This document shows, one piece after another, positions 1-8,381 of a stretch of DNA of 64,000 nt (within the stretch, counting starts at the first letter, position 1; every line of letters starts with the position of its first letter). Source of the stretch: Pseudolabrys sp. (GTDB lineage: Bacteria > Pseudomonadota > Alphaproteobacteria > Rhizobiales > Xanthobacteraceae); NCBI GenBank assembly GCA_030655215.1, contig JAURVZ010000091.1:3137-67136 (forward strand), written 5' to 3'. The position numbers were made by a program, and so were the translations under genes. The notes beneath the pieces were generated by a model that worked only from the letters and a program-made list of their open reading frames with translations, made no database searches and was not told the DNA's origin.

Positions 1-497
1 CCAAGATCGACGGCGTCAAGATTTCGCTGCTGTCCAAGGAAAAAGAGATCGCCATGCGGCGCCGCCTGCCGCAAGGCATCCGCATGTATACCGGCGACGA
101 CTTCAACTATGCCGAATTGATCGCCGGCGACGAAGAAGGCCATTCCGACGCGCTGCTCGGCATTTTCGACGCCATCGCGCCGGCGGCTTCGGCCGGTCTC
201 GCCAAATTGTCGAAGGGCGACCTGCAAGGCTTCCACGGCATCATGGAGCCGACCGTGCCGCTGTCGCGCCACATCTTCAAGGCGCCGACGCGTTTCTACA
301 AGACCGGTGTCGTGTTCCTCGCCTGGCTCAACGGCCAGCAGGATCACTTCATCATGGTTGGCGGGCAGGAGAGCGCCCGTTCGATCCTGCACTTCTCTGA
401 ACTGTTCCGCCTCGCCGACAAAGCGCGCGTGTTGCACGATCCCGATCTCGCGGCATCGCGCATGACCAAGCTGTTGGCGGTGCACGGAATGGCGTAG
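1..497 (+). CDS. DUF993 / dihydrodipicolinate-synthase-like protein, 5'-truncated
   Basis: Frame is open from the window edge (KIDGVKISLL...). Motifs YTGDDFNY, SDALLGIFD and PTRFYKTGVVFLAWLNG are typical of DUF993. Confidence 0.8.
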   Translation, partial: KIDGVKISLLSKEKEIAMRRRLPQGIRMYTGDDFNYAELIAGDEEGHSDALLGIFDAIAPAASAGLAKLSKGDLQGFHGIMEPTVPLSRHIFKAPTRFYKTGVVFLAWLNGQQDHFIMVGGQESARSILHFSELFRLADKARVLHDPDLAASRMTKLLAVHGMA

Positions 498-563
498 GCT
501 GCGTCTCAAGAACCGGCCACAAGGCCGGCAATAAACAAGAGTAACAACCAAGGGAGGACTACT

Positions 564-1568
564 ATGTTACGCATTCTCACATTGAGTGCCGCGGCAGTCA
601 TCGGCCTGTCGGGCGCTGCGTCCGCGCAGGATTATCCGTGGAAGCCGGATCGCCCGATCACCTTGATCGTGCCGTGGGCGGCCGGCGGTTCGACCGATCA
701 GGTCACCCGCATCGCCGCTGCCGAAATGGAAAAGTCGCTCGGCCAGAAGATCGTCGTCGTCAACCAGGGCGGCGCGTCCGGCTCGATCGGCACGCGCAAC
801 GCCATGCAGGCGCCGAAGGACGGCTACACCTGGACCGCCGGCGCCGCCAAGGACATCGGCACGTACGTCGTCAGCGGCTTGCTCGACACCAAGATCAGCG
901 ACTGGCGTCTCTATCTGAGTGTCATCAACGTCTCGGTGCTCGGCGCCAATACCAGTTCGCCGTACAAGAACGCGCAGGATCTGGTCAACGCGATGAAGGC
1001 CAAGCCCGGCCAGGTGTCGGTCGCGACCGCCGGCGTCAACTCGTCCGGCCATGCCGCGATCGAGGCGTTCACCCGCGCGCTCAACCTGACCTACAAGCAT
1101 GTCTCCTATGACGGCGGTAACCCGGCTGTCGTGGCGACCGTTGCCGGTGAAACCGAGATCACCACCCAGCTCGCCGTCGAGCAGGCCAACATGATCCGCG
1201 GCAAGCGCCTCAATCCGCTCGCCGTGCTGTCCGATAAGCCGCTCGAACTCGAAGGCTACGGCACCATTCCGGCCGTGACCGCATCGGTTGCCGGCTTCAA
1301 GCCGGACGCCAACTACTTCGGCATCTTCGTGCACAACGATGTGCCGGCGCCGGTCAAGCAGACGCTCGACATGATCTGGAAGGACGTCATCGCCAAGTCG
1401 GACGTCGTCAAGAAATATGCCGCGGCGAACGGTGCGCAGTTCGCGCCGGTCTATGGCGACGATGCCGTGAAGGCGGCAATGCCGGCGATCCAGACCACGG
1501 CCTGGCAGCTGCATGAAGCCGGCAAGTCCAAGGTCGCGCCGGACACGGTCGGCATTCCGAAGATGTAG
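564..1568 (+). CDS. tctC: Tripartite tricarboxylate transporter substrate-binding protein (Bug/TctC)
   Basis: Signal peptide; P-x-RPITLIVPWAAGGSTD and VVNQGGASG motifs; GGAGG RBS. Confidence 0.9.
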   Translation: MLRILTLSAAAVIGLSGAASAQDYPWKPDRPITLIVPWAAGGSTDQVTRIAAAEMEKSLGQKIVVVNQGGASGSIGTRNAMQAPKDGYTWTAGAAKDIGTYVVSGLLDTKISDWRLYLSVINVSVLGANTSSPYKNAQDLVNAMKAKPGQVSVATAGVNSSGHAAIEAFTRALNLTYKHVSYDGGNPAVVATVAGETEITTQLAVEQANMIRGKRLNPLAVLSDKPLELEGYGTIPAVTASVAGFKPDANYFGIFVHNDVPAPVKQTLDMIWKDVIAKSDVVKKYAAANGAQFAPVYGDDAVKAAMPAIQTTAWQLHEAGKSKVAPDTVGIPKM

Positions 1569-1598
1569 CTTTGAGTTTCTGACAAAGGATCGCGGCGC

Positions 1599-2129
1599 AT
1601 GAAATTCAGCAATCATCTCTCGGCCGATCGTATCGGCGGATTGATCTGGCTGACGTTCGGCGCCGCGATTGTCTATGGCTCGTGGGTCATGGACCGGCTG
1701 GACTCGCTGAAGATCCCGCCGGCCACCGTGCCCGGCCTGGTGCCCGGGCTGCTCGGCGCCGGGCTCATTATTTTCGGGCTCATCCTGGCACTGCGCCGCA
1801 CCGATGCGGTGATTGAGACGCAATCCTTCGTGGTGGAAGAGCAGCCGGAAGCAGCCGCCGACACGCATGATGAATTTGCCTGGAAGCGCCTCGCTTTGAG
1901 CTGGCTGCTCTGCGCCACCTATGGCGGCTTGCTGCTCGGCCACGGCATTCACTACTGGATCCTGACCTGTGCCTTCCTGGCGCTGCACATGCTGCTGCTC
2001 GACGAGACCGAGCGCGTCCCGGCGCGTCCCGACACATTCCGTCTGATCCTTGTGGCCTTGCTGGCACCAACCATCGCCACCGTGGTGACGCTGATCTTCC
2101 GCTACGTTTTCCTCGTTCGCTTGCCTTAA
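1599..2129 (+). CDS. tctB: Tripartite tricarboxylate transporter small permease TctB
   Basis: 4-5 hydrophobic segments, C-terminal F..VFLVRLP, located between tctC and tctA. Confidence 0.85.
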   Translation: MKFSNHLSADRIGGLIWLTFGAAIVYGSWVMDRLDSLKIPPATVPGLVPGLLGAGLIIFGLILALRRTDAVIETQSFVVEEQPEAAADTHDEFAWKRLALSWLLCATYGGLLLGHGIHYWILTCAFLALHMLLLDETERVPARPDTFRLILVALLAPTIATVVTLIFRYVFLVRLP

Positions 2130-2138
2130 GGGAATTCG

Positions 2139-3674
2139 ATGTTCGACGGCCTTACAATGTTCGGGAATGCCGTCGTCGGCTACATCACGCCGGTCTCACT
2201 GGCATTGGCTTTCGGTTCGACACTGCTCGGCGTTGTCGCCGGCTGCATGCCGGGCCTGAGTGCGACCTTGGTCATCACGCTGTTGACGACACTGACGCTG
2301 AAGATGGCGCCGTCGCAGGCGATCCTTGTTCTGGTCTGCGCCTATAATGGCGCGATCTATGGCGGTAGCCGCACCGCGATCCTGCTCAACATTCCCGGCA
2401 CAGCGGCGAACGCCGCTGCGTGTCTTGATGGCTATCAACTGGCGCGGCAGGGACAAGCCGGCCGCGCCATGGGCATCGCGACAACGGGTTCGGTGGTCGG
2501 CACATTGTTCGGCCTCGTTTGTCTTGCGCTGTTCACGCCGATGCTGGGCGAAGTCGCGCTCAGCTTCGGCGCTTTTGAATTCTTCTGGCTGGCGCTGCTC
2601 GGCGTTGTCATGTCCGGCAATGTCGTTGCCGCCGATGCGCTGAAAGGCTGGGTTGCCGGTTTCCTCGGCCTGTTCGTTGCCTGTATCGGCCAGGAAGGCA
2701 TGTATGCGCATGAGCGCTTTGCCTTCGGCAGCCCAGATCTCGCCGGCGGCTTCCAACTGATCCCCGTTCTGGTCGGCGCCTTCGGCTTTTCCGAAGTGCT
2801 GACGGTGATGAGCGAGCGCGCGGCGCGGCCGAAGATCATGGAATTCGGCTCGGCGCTGCCGCGCATCATGGACGTGCTGCGTTATTGGCGCACGATCATC
2901 CGTTCCGGCGTCATCGGCGTCTGGGTCGGCATTCTGCCCGGCGTCGGCGAGGACATGGCGGCGTGGTCGTCCTATGCGACGGCGCGGCGGCTCAGCAAGG
3001 AGCCGGAAAAATACGGCAAGGGCTCGATCGAAGGTTTGATGGCGGCTGAAACCGGCGACAACGCCTCGGTGCCCGGCGGCATCATTCCGGCTCTCGCTCT
3101 GGCCATTCCCGGCTCAGCGCCTTGCGCGGTGCTGCTCGCTGCCATGATCATTCATGGCGTCCAGCCCGGCCCGATGTTGATGGTCGAAAATCCGCAGTTC
3201 GTCTACGACGTCGTCGCCATGGTGCTGTTCTCGACCCTCGGCATTCTGTTCTTCGGCCTGTTCTTCATCCGGCCCTTGATCAAGCTGGCGCAGATACCGC
3301 GCTCGGTGATGATGCCGATCATTTTCGTCCTGTGCGTCATCGGCTCTTATTCGCTGTCGTCTCGCATGTTCGACGTCTACACCATGCTCGGCTTTGGCAC
3401 TTTGGTGTTCCTCATGCGGCGCTATGGTTATCCGGCGGCGCCTTTCGTGCTCGGCCTGGTGCTCGGCGATATTCTCGACAAGAATCTGCGGCGCGGCCTG
3501 GTGCTGACGGATGGCGACATCTTGCCGTTCTTCACGCGGCCGATCAGCGCCATTCTGGCGGCTTTGGTGATCTGGACTTTCATCACCAACGTCAAAACGC
3601 TAAACGACGGCATGATCCGCATGCGCACTGCGCTGCTCGACAAGGTGCTCGGCCGCGCGAAAAAGGCGGCCTGA
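2139..3674 (+). CDS. tctA: Tripartite tricarboxylate transporter large permease TctA
   Basis: G-x-PGL, YGGSRTAILLNIPGT and GSIEGLMAAETGDNA motifs; 511 aa polytopic membrane protein. Confidence 0.92.
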   Translation: MFDGLTMFGNAVVGYITPVSLALAFGSTLLGVVAGCMPGLSATLVITLLTTLTLKMAPSQAILVLVCAYNGAIYGGSRTAILLNIPGTAANAAACLDGYQLARQGQAGRAMGIATTGSVVGTLFGLVCLALFTPMLGEVALSFGAFEFFWLALLGVVMSGNVVAADALKGWVAGFLGLFVACIGQEGMYAHERFAFGSPDLAGGFQLIPVLVGAFGFSEVLTVMSERAARPKIMEFGSALPRIMDVLRYWRTIIRSGVIGVWVGILPGVGEDMAAWSSYATARRLSKEPEKYGKGSIEGLMAAETGDNASVPGGIIPALALAIPGSAPCAVLLAAMIIHGVQPGPMLMVENPQFVYDVVAMVLFSTLGILFFGLFFIRPLIKLAQIPRSVMMPIIFVLCVIGSYSLSSRMFDVYTMLGFGTLVFLMRRYGYPAAPFVLGLVLGDILDKNLRRGLVLTDGDILPFFTRPISAILAALVIWTFITNVKTLNDGMIRMRTALLDKVLGRAKKAA

Positions 3675-3688
3675 GTTTAAGGAATTCC

Positions 3689-4519
3689 ATGAAGATTGGC
3701 TTGTGTAACGAAGTGATTGCGGCGCTGCCGTTCGAGAAGCAATGCGAAATGGCGGCGCAGCTTGGCTATGACGGTCTTGAATTGGCGCCGATGACGGTGG
3801 ATGCCGAGCCCCATCTGTTGTCGGCTGCCAAGCGCGCGGCCTTGCGCAAGGCAGCGAGCGACGCAGGCATTGTCATCACCGGCCTGCATTATTTGATGCG
3901 GGCGCCGGCCGGTCTGTCTATTACCTCGCGCGATGCGGCGCAACGCGCGCATACTGTCGATGTCATGCGCGCGCTGTGCGATCTGGCCGCCGAGCTTGGC
4001 GGCAAGATTCTTGTTCATGGCTCGCCGGAACAGCGCAAGCTCGAGCCGGGCTTTGAGGCCGAAGGGCGCAAGCTCGCCATCGATTGCTTTGCTGCCGCTG
4101 GCGAAGCCGCGGCCAAGGCCGGCGTCGTCTATTGCGTCGAGCCGCTGTCGCGCAAGCAGACAGACCACATCAACACCATCGCCGAAGCGGCCGATATCGT
4201 CACAGCGATCAGCAATCCGGCGCTGCGCACCATGCTGGATTGCAGTTCGGCGGGTTCGACCGAAACCGAATCGATCCCCGATGCCATCAAGCGCTGGCTA
4301 CCGACCGGCCTGATCGGCCATGTCCATCTCAACGACCCCAATCGGCGCGGCCCGGGCGAGGGCGATTTGCATTTCTCGCCGATCTTCGAAGCCTTGCGCG
4401 AGCAGAATTACGCCGGGGACTACGGCATCGAGCCCTTTGTTTACGTGCCGGACGGGCCGACATGCGCCGCCCGCGCCATCGGTTATGTGCGCGGTGCGAT
4501 GGAAGCGGTGACGCGATGA
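3689..4519 (+). CDS. Sugar phosphate isomerase/epimerase (xylose-isomerase-like TIM barrel)
   Basis: Start re-called at ATG 3689 (MKIGLCNE). GYDGLEL, VEPL, HVHLND..RRGPGEG and IEPF metal-ligand motifs. Confidence 0.85.
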   Translation: MKIGLCNEVIAALPFEKQCEMAAQLGYDGLELAPMTVDAEPHLLSAAKRAALRKAASDAGIVITGLHYLMRAPAGLSITSRDAAQRAHTVDVMRALCDLAAELGGKILVHGSPEQRKLEPGFEAEGRKLAIDCFAAAGEAAAKAGVVYCVEPLSRKQTDHINTIAEAADIVTAISNPALRTMLDCSSAGSTETESIPDAIKRWLPTGLIGHVHLNDPNRRGPGEGDLHFSPIFEALREQNYAGDYGIEPFVYVPDGPTCAARAIGYVRGAMEAVTR

Positions 4520-5943
4520 GTGACACCGCCTTGAGGCTGAAGCTGATCGACGTCGCGGCTTTCGAGCGGCCGGTGACCTTGCGTCTGCCGTTCCGCTTCG
4601 GCGTCGTCACCTTGCGTGAGGCGCCGCAGATTTTCATCCGCGCCCGCATCAAGCTGGCCGATGGCCGCGAAGGCGAGGGCGTCTCCGCCGAGCTCCTGGT
4701 GCCGAAGTGGTTCGACAAGTCGTCAAAACTCAGCAACGAGGATAATTTCAACCAGCTCCGCCGCGCCGTGGCGATTGCGCATCGGCACATGATGGCCGTC
4801 GGCGAGCAGACGGCGTTCGGCATTTCGGCCCACGCCGATGCCGGTCATCGCAAGGAAGCAGAAGCGGCAGGATTGAACGGGCTGGTGGCGTCTTTTGGCC
4901 TCGCTTTGATCGAGCGCGCCATTATCGATGCGCTTGGCCGCCTTGAAGGCGCATCCGCCGCTGATCTGGTGCGCGGCAACAGGCTCGGCATCGGCAAGGC
5001 GCTGACACCTGATCTCGCCAGCTTTGATCTCGACACATACCTCGGCGGCGTGACGCCGGCTGACACGATCTTCGCCCGGCATACGGTCGGCCTCGTTGAC
5101 GCCATCACGCGTGCGGACACCCAAGGCAAACGCCTCGATGATGGATTGCCGGAGAGTCTGGAAGAAGTCATCGCCGCTTATGGCCATGTCTATTTCAAGC
5201 TCAAGGTCGGCGGCCAAGCGGATGCTGACATTGAGCGCTTGGCGCAGATCGCTTCCGTGCTCGACGCCGGCGCGCCGTACAAGGCGACGCTCGATGGCAA
5301 CGAGCAATATGAGAATGTCGATGCGGTGCTGGAGCTGTGGCGTCGTATCGGCGAGGACAAGCGGCTCGCGCGTCTCAAGGCGTCGCTGCTGCTGATCGAG
5401 CAGCCGATCATGCGCTCGGAGGCGCTGAACAAGCCGGTGCACGCTCTGGCTAAGGACATTGCCGTCGAGATCGATGAATCCGATGCGGACTTCGATGTGT
5501 TTCCGCGCGCCCGCGCGCTCGGCTATCAGGGGATTTCCGCCAAGTCGTGCAAGGGCTTCTACCGAGCACTGCTGAACAGCGCCCGCGTCGCGCATTACAA
5601 TGATCAATATGGTGGCGGCTTCCTGATGTCGGCGGAAGACCTGACCACGCAAGGCGGCATCGCCGTGCAGCAGGACTTGCTGCTGGCGTCATTGGTTGGC
5701 GCCACGCACATTGAGCGTAACGGTCATCATTACGTTGATGGTATGGCTGGCGCCCCTCAAGGGGAACAAGAATCCTATCTCGCCGTGCATGGCGATCTCT
5801 ACAAGCGCGCTGACAACGGCCGCGCGCAGTTGGATATCAATAACGGTTCGATCTCCCTGCGCACCATTGCCCAGGCCCATGGTCTCGGCAGCGCCGTGGT
5901 GCCTGACTGGAACCTGATGAACGCAAGCCCAAAGGCGGAATGA
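4516..5943 (+). CDS. Enolase-superfamily (mandelate racemase/MLE-like) protein
   Basis: Start at ATG 4516 overlaps the upstream stop (ATGA). FKLKVGG (KxK), DGNE, IEQP, IDESD and SAKSCKG motifs. Confidence 0.8.
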   Translation: MSDTALRLKLIDVAAFERPVTLRLPFRFGVVTLREAPQIFIRARIKLADGREGEGVSAELLVPKWFDKSSKLSNEDNFNQLRRAVAIAHRHMMAVGEQTAFGISAHADAGHRKEAEAAGLNGLVASFGLALIERAIIDALGRLEGASAADLVRGNRLGIGKALTPDLASFDLDTYLGGVTPADTIFARHTVGLVDAITRADTQGKRLDDGLPESLEEVIAAYGHVYFKLKVGGQADADIERLAQIASVLDAGAPYKATLDGNEQYENVDAVLELWRRIGEDKRLARLKASLLLIEQPIMRSEALNKPVHALAKDIAVEIDESDADFDVFPRARALGYQGISAKSCKGFYRALLNSARVAHYNDQYGGGFLMSAEDLTTQGGIAVQQDLLLASLVGATHIERNGHHYVDGMAGAPQGEQESYLAVHGDLYKRADNGRAQLDINNGSISLRTIAQAHGLGSAVVPDWNLMNASPKAE

Positions 5944-6803
5944 CGATGCGAACCGAAGGTCTGTCGATCAATCTGGCTACCGTCCGCCAGCAATGGAACC
6001 TGGTCGAAGCGGTCGAAGCCTGTGCCAAGCATGGCATCACCTGCGTCGACCCGTGGCGTGATCAGGTCGCGACGGTTGGCCTCGATGTCGCGGTCAAGGC
6101 GATCAGGGACAATGGCATGCGCGTTTCCGGCTATTGCCGCGGCGGCATGTTCCCCGCCGCTGACGCCGCCGGGCGGCAGGCGGCGATCGACGATAACAAG
6201 CGCGCGCTGGATGAAGCGGCGGCCATTGGTGCCGAATGCCTGGTGCTGGTGGTTGGCGGCCTGCCGCCGGGTTCGCGCGACATTGGCGGCGCGCGGCAAA
6301 TGGTCATGGACGGCCTTGCCGCGATCCTGCCGCATGCGCGCCAAGTCGGCGTGCCGCTCGCCATCGAGCCGCTGCACCCGATGTATGCCGGCGACCGCGC
6401 CTGCGTGAACACGCTGAAGCAGGCGCTCGATATGGCCGGCCAACTTGGTGACGATGTTGGCGTTGCCATCGACGTCTACCATTTGTGGTGGGATCCGGAC
6501 TTTGAGGCGCAGATCGCCCGTGCCGGCCGGGAAAAGCGGATCCTCGGCTATCACATCTGCGATTGGCTGGTGCCGACCAAGGACCTGCTGCTTGACCGCG
6601 GCATGCCGGGCGACGGCGTCATCGACCTGCCGCGCGTCCGCGGCTGGATCGAGAAGGCCGGCTATAAGGGCCACACCGAGATCGAGATCTTCTCGGCCAA
6701 AGACTGGTGGACCCGTCCCGGCGACGAGGTGCTGAAAATCTGCATTAAGCGCTATAACGACACCTTCTCAAGCGGCACTGGCAAAGCCCAGGAAATCGGC
6801 TAA
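5940..6803 (+). CDS. Sugar phosphate isomerase/epimerase family protein
   Basis: YCRGGMF, LAIEPLHPM, DVYH, HICDW and DRGMPGDG motifs; this family commonly accompanies DUF993. Confidence 0.85.
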   Translation: MTMRTEGLSINLATVRQQWNLVEAVEACAKHGITCVDPWRDQVATVGLDVAVKAIRDNGMRVSGYCRGGMFPAADAAGRQAAIDDNKRALDEAAAIGAECLVLVVGGLPPGSRDIGGARQMVMDGLAAILPHARQVGVPLAIEPLHPMYAGDRACVNTLKQALDMAGQLGDDVGVAIDVYHLWWDPDFEAQIARAGREKRILGYHICDWLVPTKDLLLDRGMPGDGVIDLPRVRGWIEKAGYKGHTEIEIFSAKDWWTRPGDEVLKICIKRYNDTFSSGTGKAQEIG

Positions 6804-6816
6804 AAGGCCCCCTGCG

Positions 6817-6893
6817 GCGCTCGTAGCTCAGCTGGATAGAGCATCGGACTTCGAATCCGAGGGTCGGGAGTTCGAATCTCTCCGAGCGCGCCA
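6817..6893 (+). tRNA. tRNA-Arg, anticodon TCG
   Basis: 77-nt cloverleaf: acceptor GCGCTCG/CGAGCGC, anticodon stem TCGGA/TCCGA, loop CT-TCG-AA (6851-6853), GTTCGAATC T-loop, encoded CCA. Confidence 0.95.
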
Positions 6894-6920
6894 TCCTTTT
6901 ACCGAGAAATTCTCCCCTTA

Positions 6921-8174
6921 ATGTCTGACTTCGTTGGAATTGATTTTGGCACCTCGAACACTACGGTCGGGGTGAGCACGGCCGCCGGTGAGGCGAGGCT
7001 TCTGCCGCTCGAGCAGGACCACCAGACGCTGCCGAGCGCGATTTTCTTCGATTTCGCCAGCAAAAGTGCGTTCTGCGGCCGCGCCGCGCGCGAGCACTAC
7101 CTTGCCGGCAGCGAGGGCCGCTACATGCAGTCCCTCAAGAGCATTCTCGGCTCGTCGCTGATTGACGAAAAGACCCGCATTCAGTCGAAGTCGATGTCGT
7201 TCGCCGACATTCTCGGCGTTTTCTTTGCGTTTCTGAAGCGGAAGACCGAGGCGCAGCTCGGCCGCGACGTATCGCAGATCGTCGTCGGCCGCCCGGTGCA
7301 TTTCGTCGATGGCGACGAGGCCGCCGATGCGGAGGCGCAGCGCTCGCTCGAAGCCATTGCCCGCAAAGAGGGTTTCCGCGACGTCGCTTTCCAGTATGAG
7401 CCGATTGCCGCGGCGCTCGATTATGAACAGCGCGTGCAGCGCGAAGAACTGGTGCTGATCGTCGATATTGGCGGCGGCACCTCGGATTTCTCCATTGTCC
7501 GCGTTTCGCCGCAGCGCTCCGGCGCCGCGCAACGCAAAGACGACATCCTCGCCAATGGCGGCGTGCACATCGGCGGCACCGACTTCGACCGCGCGCTTAG
7601 TCTGGCGCGGGTCATGCCGCATCTCGGCTTCGGCTCGAAGACCGCCGATGGCAAACGCAATCTGCCGGTGCACTACTTCTATGACCTCGCCACCTGGCAC
7701 AGCATCAACTTCCTGTACCGGAAAGGCGTCACGACCGATCTGCGCGCCGTGCGCTATGAGGCCGAACGGCGCGATCTCGTCGATCGCCTGATCCGCGTCA
7801 TCGAGGACCGGCACGGCCACACGCTGGCCATCGCCGTCGAGCAATCGAAGATCAAACTAACATCGGAATTGAGCACCAACGTCGCCGTGCCTTATCCGGA
7901 TTGGGAAACAATCGCCGCCACGCGCAGCGATTTCGACAAGGCCGTCGGTAGCGCCGTGCAGCGCGTCGTCGAGACCGTTCAGGGCCTGCTGGTCGATGCC
8001 TCGCTCAAGGCCGGCGACATCAACACCATCTTCGTCACCGGCGGCTCCAGTATGGTGCCGATCCTGCGGCAGGGCATCCTGTCGCTTTTCCCGAATGCCA
8101 AAATCGAGAGCGGTAACCTGCTCGGCAGCGTCGGTATCGGCCTGTCGCTCGATGCGCGCCGCAAGTTCTCTTAA
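6921..8174 (+). CDS. yegD: Hsp70-family protein, YegD-like
   Basis: GIDFGTSN, GRPVHF, EPIAAA, DIGGGTSDFS and GGTDFD motifs; 417 aa, with no DnaK substrate-binding domain. Confidence 0.88.
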   Translation: MSDFVGIDFGTSNTTVGVSTAAGEARLLPLEQDHQTLPSAIFFDFASKSAFCGRAAREHYLAGSEGRYMQSLKSILGSSLIDEKTRIQSKSMSFADILGVFFAFLKRKTEAQLGRDVSQIVVGRPVHFVDGDEAADAEAQRSLEAIARKEGFRDVAFQYEPIAAALDYEQRVQREELVLIVDIGGGTSDFSIVRVSPQRSGAAQRKDDILANGGVHIGGTDFDRALSLARVMPHLGFGSKTADGKRNLPVHYFYDLATWHSINFLYRKGVTTDLRAVRYEAERRDLVDRLIRVIEDRHGHTLAIAVEQSKIKLTSELSTNVAVPYPDWETIAATRSDFDKAVGSAVQRVVETVQGLLVDASLKAGDINTIFVTGGSSMVPILRQGILSLFPNAKIESGNLLGSVGIGLSLDARRKFS

Positions 8175-8381
8175 ATCGGTCCAAAAGACCAATAATTACA
8201 ATATCTTGGGCCGAAAGTCCCGGCTCCCGCCATCGCGCATGACTGTTAAGCCCGTTCGGCGAAACCGATGCTTTCATTGGCGCTTTGGCCCGGCTTGGTC
8301 TAAAGCATCCTCACATCACCCAATTCGTCGTTTTTCAACGGCCGCGCCGCGCGTCGCCGTGCACCCAAGGTCTTTATCTTC

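Noticed and set aside
3122-4516. Long N-terminal extensions in the ORF track (3122, 4084; likewise 47272, 58935, 60473)
   Set aside because: They overlap upstream genes; internal starts with an RBS or ATGA coupling fit better.
6817-8174. Possible integrative element at tRNA-Arg or tRNA-His
   Set aside because: No integrase, no duplicated tRNA 3' end noticed, and the flanking genes look native.
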